A program made the translations under genes and the position numbers. Positions 11,301-15,499 of a stretch of 15,499 nucleotides of DNA are shown in pieces; position 1 is the first letter of the stretch, and the number at the start of each line of letters is the position of its first letter. The notes under the pieces are model-generated. The model made no database searches. It had not been told where the DNA came from and saw only the letters and a list, made by a program, of their open reading frames with translations. The DNA is from Candidatus Omnitrophota bacterium (GTDB lineage: Bacteria > Omnitrophota > Gorgyraeia > JABMRN01 > RBG-13-46-9), in contig JABMQJ010000021.1 in NCBI GenBank assembly GCA_013203315.1, positions 1 through 15,499 of the forward strand, in the 5' to 3' direction.

Positions 11301-12066
11301 CAAGATCTTTTGTAATACGCTCTCCTGATTTCGCAAGTATGGAATTAGATGATGCGTCAATAATGTCTTCCGCAAGGACGAGGTTCATGTAGTCAGGCAT
11401 CTGGCTCTCACGTGTTATTTTGACTTTTTCAACACCTGAGAATGCTTTCAGAATATCCTCATCTTTAGAGAGACCCGCTATCCTAAGGAATATGGTCCCT
11501 ACAAATTTTCTTCTTCTGTCGAGATATACATGCAACACGTCGGTTTGGTCGAATTCAAATTCTACCCAGGCGCCCCTGTAAGGTATTACGCGCGCCGAAA
11601 ATATTCGTTTACCGCTCGGGTGCGTTGATTCCTCGAAAGAAATACCCGGAGAACGATGAAGCTGGCTTACCACGACGCGCTCATCCCCGTTTACAATAAA
11701 GGTGCCTGTAGGTGTCATAAGGGGTAAGTCACAAAGATAGACTTCCTGCTCTTTCGTATCCTTGGGTGTCTTTAATCTGAGTCTCACCCGAAGCGCCCCG
11801 GCATATGACATGCCGGTTTTAAGGCACTCTTCAATCGTGTATTTTGGCCTTTCCACGGTGTAGCTCATGTATTCCAGCGAATAGACCTTATCCGGTGTCT
11901 GGATGGGTAGCGTTTCTTTGAAAAGGCTTTCCAGTCCCGCCATCTGCCTTTTATTTTTTGCAACGTCTTGTTGTAGAAATTCTTTGTAGCTAGATATCTG
12001 GATATCAATAAGATTCGGCAGCTCGAAACATTCCTTAATTTTTGCGTAGTTTTTACGTTTTATCAT
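8362..12066 (-). CDS. rpoB: DNA-directed RNA polymerase beta subunit (1234 aa)
   Basis: Motifs [62 protein letters not shown] and GGQRFGEME. Confidence 0.99.
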   Translation of the reverse strand: MIKRKNYAKIKECFELPNLIDIQISSYKEFLQQDVAKNKRQMAGLESLFKETLPIQTPDKVYSLEYMSYTVERPKYTIEECLKTGMSYAGALRVRLRLKTPKDTKEQEVYLCDLPLMTPTGTFIVNGDERVVVSQLHRSPGISFEESTHPSGKRIFSARVIPYRGAWVEFEFDQTDVLHVYLDRRRKFVGTIFLRIAGLSKDEDILKAFSGVEKVKITRESQMPDYMNLVLAEDIIDASSNSILAKSGERITKDLAKRMWNSKIRDFSVLSEECPEIVKTLEKDTARSKEEALLDIYRKLRPGDPPTLDSAMSLIERLFFDPKRYSLGRVGRFMLNRKLSMSAPLENATIDSQTLIKAIKRLVKIKNEGGPADDIDHLGNRRIRSVGELLLNQLRISMVRLERSIRERMNIYDLDSVMPHNLINAKLVSSIVKDFFGRSQLSQFMDQTNPLAELTHKRRLSALGPGGLNRERAGFEVRDVHYSHYGRMCPIETPEGPNIGLITSLSTYAKVNEFGFLETPYRKVEGSKVSEKIEYLSADVEDEYIIAQANERLDKRGFFINEKVFCRYKRDFISADPKNVQYMDVSPCQLVSVAASLIPFLEHDDANRALMGSNMQRQAVPLLETESPLIGTGMEYRSAKDSGTVIVSKTKGTVTHVDAEEIVISGKKNKLRKFERSNANTCINQRPLVKLGQKVMAGEVVADGAATKNGEIALGRNVLVAFMPWRGYNFEDAILISERVVKEGMYTSVHIEEFETEARDTRLGNEEITRDIPNVGEDALRNLDTGGIIRIGAEVAPGDILAGKVTPKSETELSPEEKLLRAIFGEKAGDVRDASLTVPPGIEGIVVDIKVFSRKEARSKTKVERAEEFKEIKKIEEIYSAQIRKIEEEKARKLHKLLVGQRLMASLLDNESGKILIKHDTVVKARDLGKIQKADLDNIKIAGNPQLESEINRVMRLLDAQTEELTYEQEREADRVKRGDELPPGVLKRVVVYVASKKRLSVGDKMAGRHGNKGVVAKILPEEDMPFLEDGTPVEIVLNPLGVPSRMNVGQILETHLGWAAKVLGFHVTTPVFDGARESEIKKEMKQAQIPEDGKVKVFDGLTGKPFDQRITVGYIYIMKLIHLVDDKIHARSIGPYSLVTQQPLGGKAQFGGQRFGEMEVWALEAYGAAYTLQELLTVKSDDVTGRTKIYEAIVKGESTFQPGTPESFNVLVKELQSLCLDVKMERHKGEKEL

Positions 12067-12131
12067 CTCGTCTTCCTATATTACCCTCCCACAGCGAGTG
12101 TGGAATTGGTTATGGATTACCAGACTCGTTA

Positions 12132-12590
12132 CTACTTCAGTTCGACTTTGGCGCCGACTTTTTCCAGTTGTGCCTTTATCTTGTCTGCTTCCTCTTTTGT
12201 AGTGCCTTCCTTAACGGACTTTGGGGCAGCTTCCACAAGATCCTTGGCTTCTTTGAGTCCGAGGGTTGTGACCGCGCGGATCTCTTTGATTACCTGGATT
12301 TTGTTTTTGCCGACTTCAGCCAGCACAACCGAGAAAGATGTTTTTTCTTCAGCGGCGGCTTGACCTTGAGCACCTGCTCCGGCCATAGCCATTGCGGGCA
12401 TTGCCATTGTGGCCTGCGCACTAACACCGAATTTATCCTCCAGTGCTTTCACGAAATCCGAGAGCTCAAGAACCGTCATCTTCTCCAGGGTTTCCATCAT
12501 CCCTTTCATCTTGTCTGAAAGCTCTATCTTCTTTTCGGTTTTTTCTTCTTTTTTTTCAACTTTTTCTTCAGTCTTTTTTTCTTCAACCAT
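12132..12590 (-). CDS. rplL: 50S ribosomal protein L7/L12 (bL12, 152 aa, with K/E-rich N-terminal extension)
   Basis: [21 protein letters not shown], Ala/Gly/Met hinge, [24 protein letters not shown] and GAKVELK. A GGGGGAG SD-like run precedes the ATG at 12590. Confidence 0.98.
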   Translation of the reverse strand: MVEEKKTEEKVEKKEEKTEKKIELSDKMKGMMETLEKMTVLELSDFVKALEDKFGVSAQATMAMPAMAMAGAGAQGQAAAEEKTSFSVVLAEVGKNKIQVIKEIRAVTTLGLKEAKDLVEAAPKSVKEGTTKEEADKIKAQLEKVGAKVELK

Positions 12591-13125
12591 TTTTCTCTCC
12601 CCCTTCTCGTTTCTTTTTTATTTCATTAACAGCACATGCTAAACCTGATAATAAATTTTTCAAAACGCCGACAAACCCCTTAATGGGGCTTTGCATGTAA
12701 GAAAGCACAAGCCCAAGCAAGACATCTCTCGGCGGAAGCGCCGCAAGCTGCTTGACTCTGTCGACATTCTCAAGCTTCCCGTCTATGAAAGCGCCGTTTA
12801 TTTTAAAAGCTGCGTGACTCTTTGCAAAATCTACAAGCGTCTTAGATGTGTCAATAACGTTATTTGTAAAACCTATGCCGACCGCGCCTTTCAGGGATTC
12901 TTCAAGCCCCTTTAATTCGAGCTGTGTAAGCGCACGCTTTGCCATCGAGTTTTTAACCACGAAATATTCCGACGATGCCTTGCGCATTTCTTTTCGTAGC
13001 TTTTCTATATCTTTAGAAGCTAACCCCTTATAATTCGTGATGACGAAGTCGGGAGACGAATTGAACTTCTTTACAAGTTCTTCAAGCATGTATTTTTTTG
13101 TACTTATCCCAAATTTTTCTTCCAT
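12583..13125 (-). CDS. rplJ: 50S ribosomal protein L10 (uL10, 180 aa)
   Basis: NYKGL...LRK...[11 protein letters not shown] and [11 protein letters not shown] followed by a long amphipathic C-terminal helix; lies between rplA and rplL. Confidence 0.97.
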   Translation of the reverse strand: MEEKFGISTKKYMLEELVKKFNSSPDFVITNYKGLASKDIEKLRKEMRKASSEYFVVKNSMAKRALTQLELKGLEESLKGAVGIGFTNNVIDTSKTLVDFAKSHAAFKINGAFIDGKLENVDRVKQLAALPPRDVLLGLVLSYMQSPIKGFVGVLKNLLSGLACAVNEIKKKREGGEKNG

Positions 13126-13136
13126 AATTACCTTGC

Positions 13137-13835
13137 CTATTTTCTGAATTCGGAAATTTCCAACTTCAAACCCGGCCCCATCGTCGTGGTAAGGGTTATG
13201 GATTTTACCATTTGAGGCTTATTAAGGTTTGGATTTGATGAAAATATCGCTTTTATAAGTTTTCTAACGTTTTCCGAGATAGCATCTTTCTCGAATGAGA
13301 TTTTTCCGACACCTACGTGTATGCCGCCCTGCTTATCCATTTTGAATTCTATTTTCCCAGCCTTCACTTCCTTTATCGTCTTCTCTATATCGTCTGTAAC
13401 CGTTCCTGTTTTTGGGTTTGGCATTAGCCCTCTTGGACCCAAGACCCTTCCGAGTTTTGCTATTTCCCTCATCATGGCGCTAGAGGCTATAGCAACGTCA
13501 AAGTCGCACCAGCCACCGGAAATTTTTTTAACCAACTCCTCTGAGCCAACGAAATCAGCTCCTGCATCTTTGGCTTTCTGCTCATCAGCTACTTTACAGA
13601 ATACGCAAACACGTATTTTTTTACCTGTGCCGTGAGGAAGGGTTGCAGTGCCCCTTATCGCTTGCTGCGGATCCTTGGGGTTTAAACCGAGATTCATTGC
13701 TAATTCAACTGTTTCGTCAAATTTAGACTTAGGGGCGTTCTTCAAAATATCCATAGCTTCATTAAGTTTATATAGCTTCTCTTTTTCGTAAAGCGGCTGC
13801 ATGGATTTTCTCTTTTTAGTGAGTTTAGCTGTCAT
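13137..13835 (-). CDS. rplA: 50S ribosomal protein L1 (uL1, 232 aa)
   Basis: Motifs KFDETVE, LPHGTGK, LGRVLGPRGLMPNPKTGTVT and TTMGPG; TAATG overlap with the rplK stop. Confidence 0.99.
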   Translation of the reverse strand: MTAKLTKKRKSMQPLYEKEKLYKLNEAMDILKNAPKSKFDETVELAMNLGLNPKDPQQAIRGTATLPHGTGKKIRVCVFCKVADEQKAKDAGADFVGSEELVKKISGGWCDFDVAIASSAMMREIAKLGRVLGPRGLMPNPKTGTVTDDIEKTIKEVKAGKIEFKMDKQGGIHVGVGKISFEKDAISENVRKLIKAIFSSNPNLNKPQMVKSITLTTTMGPGLKLEISEFRK

Positions 13836-14344
13836 TATGCGCCTCCCTCGGGTTTCGGCTTTGCTTTCTCGTGTGCGGGCGCTTCTTCTTTTGCATTATC
13901 CACCGGTTTTTCATCTAGTTTTTCTACTACTTCAATGCCCATGCTTCTTGCTGTTCCTTCGACTATTTTCATGGCAGCTTCCAGTGAAGTGGTATTTAAA
14001 TCCGGCATTTTTATTTTTGCTATCTCTTCCACGTTCTTTTTTGTAACCTGGCCGACTTTTTCCGTATTTGGCTTACCGCTTGCCTTGGCAATGCCGCAAG
14101 CCCGCTTTAAAAGAACACTGGAAGGTGGGCTCTTTATTATAAAGGTAAAGGACCTGTCCTCATACGCGGTGATTACAACGGGCAGCGTGAGGCCTTCCCT
14201 GCCCTTAGTCTTATCATTGAATGACTTACAGAACTGCATTATATTGAGTCCGTGCTGACCGAGCGCCGGACCTACCGGAGGCGCAGGATTTGCCTGGCCT
14301 GCGGGACAATATAATTTTATAGTTGTTTTTACTTTCTTTGCCAT
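13835..14344 (-). CDS. rplK: 50S ribosomal protein L11 (uL11, 169 aa including a C-terminal tail of about 29 aa)
   Basis: [25 protein letters not shown] and GTARSMGI. Start moved from the ORF-track 14368 to the canonical MAKK ATG at 14344, 2 nt after the nusG stop. Confidence 0.98.
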   Translation of the reverse strand: MAKKVKTTIKLYCPAGQANPAPPVGPALGQHGLNIMQFCKSFNDKTKGREGLTLPVVITAYEDRSFTFIIKSPPSSVLLKRACGIAKASGKPNTEKVGQVTKKNVEEIAKIKMPDLNTTSLEAAMKIVEGTARSMGIEVVEKLDEKPVDNAKEEAPAHEKAKPKPEGGA

Positions 14345-14346
14345 GT

Positions 14347-14880
14347 TTAAACCTTTTCTACTTGCCACATCTCCATCTCTACGGGCGTTGCCCTGCCGAA
14401 GATGGATATTGATATCTTAATCTTACCCTTTTCGTGATTCACTTCTTCCACGGTACCGTTAAAGTTGTTGAAAGGCCCTTCCTTCACCCTGACCGGGTCA
14501 CCTTTTCCGAAAGTAACCTTGGGAATTGGCTTTGCCTTTGTTGTTTCCGATTGCTTAAGAATGTTTTGTATTTCCGCTGCTGTTAGGGGCATAGGCCTGG
14601 AACGCGGACCTACAAAACCTGTAACGCCGGGTGTTCGTTTTATGAAATACCATGTCTTATCGTTTAACTCCATTTCAACAAGCACGTAGCCGGGGAAAAA
14701 CTTCCTTTCGCTTATTTTCTTTTTTCCGCCCTTTATCTCAGCCACCTGCTCGGTCGGAACGACGATTTGTGCTATAAAGCCACCGGCAACGGGATTTTGT
14801 TTCAGTTTTTTAACTAGGGTCGCTTTTACCCGCTCCTCGTAACCTGTTTGCGTATGTATTACGTACCAGTTCTTCGTCAT
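14347..14880 (-). CDS. nusG: Transcription termination/antitermination factor NusG (177 aa)
   Basis: [25 protein letters not shown] and KOW-domain [11 protein letters not shown]...IFGRATPVE; secE-nusG-rplK synteny. Confidence 0.99.
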   Translation of the reverse strand: MTKNWYVIHTQTGYEERVKATLVKKLKQNPVAGGFIAQIVVPTEQVAEIKGGKKKISERKFFPGYVLVEMELNDKTWYFIKRTPGVTGFVGPRSRPMPLTAAEIQNILKQSETTKAKPIPKVTFGKGDPVRVKEGPFNNFNGTVEEVNHEKGKIKISISIFGRATPVEMEMWQVEKV

Positions 14881-14892
14881 TTTAGTTCAACG

Positions 14893-15075
14893 TTATCTTA
14901 TGACAAACTTAATAAGATTTGACCACACCAGATCACATAATCCGATAAAAACCGCCAAAATAGCAACAGACACGATAACAACGATCGTGGCGTTGATAAG
15001 CTCGTGCCTGGTTGACCACGAAACCTTCTTTAACTCCAACTTAACTTCGTTTATAAACTTTGCTACTTTATTCAT
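14893..15075 (-). CDS. secE: Preprotein translocase subunit SecE (60 aa, single-TM type)
   Basis: FINEVKLELKKVSWS amphipathic motif followed by one hydrophobic segment; lies between tRNA-Trp and nusG. Confidence 0.96.
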   Translation of the reverse strand: MNKVAKFINEVKLELKKVSWSTRHELINATIVVIVSVAILAVFIGLCDLVWSNLIKFVIR

Positions 15076-15112
15076 ATTTTTTACTGCGAATCATACCAAG
15101 TTCGCATAAATT

Positions 15113-15187
15113 TGGCAGGAGCGGCAGGAGTCGAACCTGCAGTCACGGCTTTGGAGACCGTTGGTTTGCCAGTTAACCGACGCTCCT
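15113..15187 (-). tRNA. tRNA-Trp (anticodon CCA), 75 nt, 3' CCA encoded
   Basis: Manual cloverleaf: acceptor AGGAGCG/CGCTCCT, D stem GGTT/AACC, anticodon arm ACGGT-CTCCAAA-GCCGT, T arm GCAGG-TTCGACT-CCTGC, discriminator G then CCA. Usual position between rpmG and secE. Confidence 0.97.
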
Positions 15188-15208
15188 AACCTAATTTTTA
15201 AATATCAA

Positions 15209-15361
15209 CTACTTAATCTCTTTATGCTTAATATGCTTTCGACAGAACCGGCAATACTTCGAAAGCTCTAAGCGTGTCGGATTTTGCTTCTTATTTTTAA
15301 AAGAAGTGTAATTCCGCCTCTTACACTGTGTGCATTCAAACGTAATAATATCTGCCGGCAT
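15209..15361 (-). CDS. rpmG: 50S ribosomal protein L33 (bL33, 50 aa, Zn-ribbon form); absent from the ORF track
   Basis: Manual translation [50 protein letters not shown] has two CxxC pairs, RNY and LEL.KYC motifs; tuf-rpmG-tRNA-Trp-secE synteny. Confidence 0.97.
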   Translation of the reverse strand: MPADIITFECTQCKRRNYTSFKNKKQNPTRLELSKYCRFCRKHIKHKEIK

Positions 15362-15499
15362 TTGTTATTCCAAGATTTCCGTTATTACGCCTGCGCCTAC
15401 GGTGTGTCCACCTTCGCGTATGGCGAATCTTAAACCTTTTTCCATGGCTATGGGCTCAATCAGCGTGACATCGATGGTGACGTTATCGCCCGGCATAAC
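15359..15499. repeat. 141-bp terminal direct repeat, copy 2 (identical to 1..141)
   Basis: Exact match to the start of the window. Confidence 0.97.
15365..15499 (-). CDS. tuf: 3' end of elongation factor Tu (partial, runs off the window; second tuf copy or assembly overlap)
   Basis: Encodes [44 protein letters not shown], identical to 7..141. Confidence 0.93.
   Translation of the reverse strand, partial: VMPGDNVTIDVTLIEPIAMEKGLRFAIREGGHTVGAGVITEILE

Noticed and set aside
14345-14368. ORF-track N-terminal extension of L11 (MASRKGLN)
   Set aside because: It overlaps the nusG 3' end; the canonical MAKK start at 14344 has an AAGG upstream and fits L11 homologues.
1-15499. Plasmid, phage or mini-chromosome carrying RNAP and translation genes
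   Set aside because: There are no replication, partition, capsid or recombinase genes; the gene order is chromosomal; and the terminal repeat length matches a common assembler k-mer size. Kept only as a low-probability alternative in the findings.

Overview
Ordinary but very compact bacterial housekeeping locus, entirely on the minus strand. In transcription order: (3' end of tuf)-rpmG-tRNA-Trp(CCA)-secE-nusG-rplK-rplA-rplJ-rplL-rpoB-rpoC-rpsL-rpsG-fusA-tuf. I see no mobile element, CRISPR array, intein or accessory gene. The EF-Tu switch I and RpoB FFGRSQ motifs suggest a PVC-superphylum organism, possibly Ca. Omnitrophota (inference from recalled motifs). The first and last 141 bp of the window are identical (tuf 3' end plus CAAATG), so the contig looks circular. 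This is most likely an assembly loop through collapsed tufA/tufB copies rather than a real plasmid. Other points of interest: a non-canonical EF-Tu switch I and P-loop; K/E-rich terminal extensions on L11, L12, RpoC and possibly EF-G; no room for the usual L10/L1 leaders; a candidate L1-operator-like motif over the rplA start; alternative hairpins between rplL and rpoB; and a perfect 12-bp tandem duplication of the rpsG stop region. I found no convincing new biological system.
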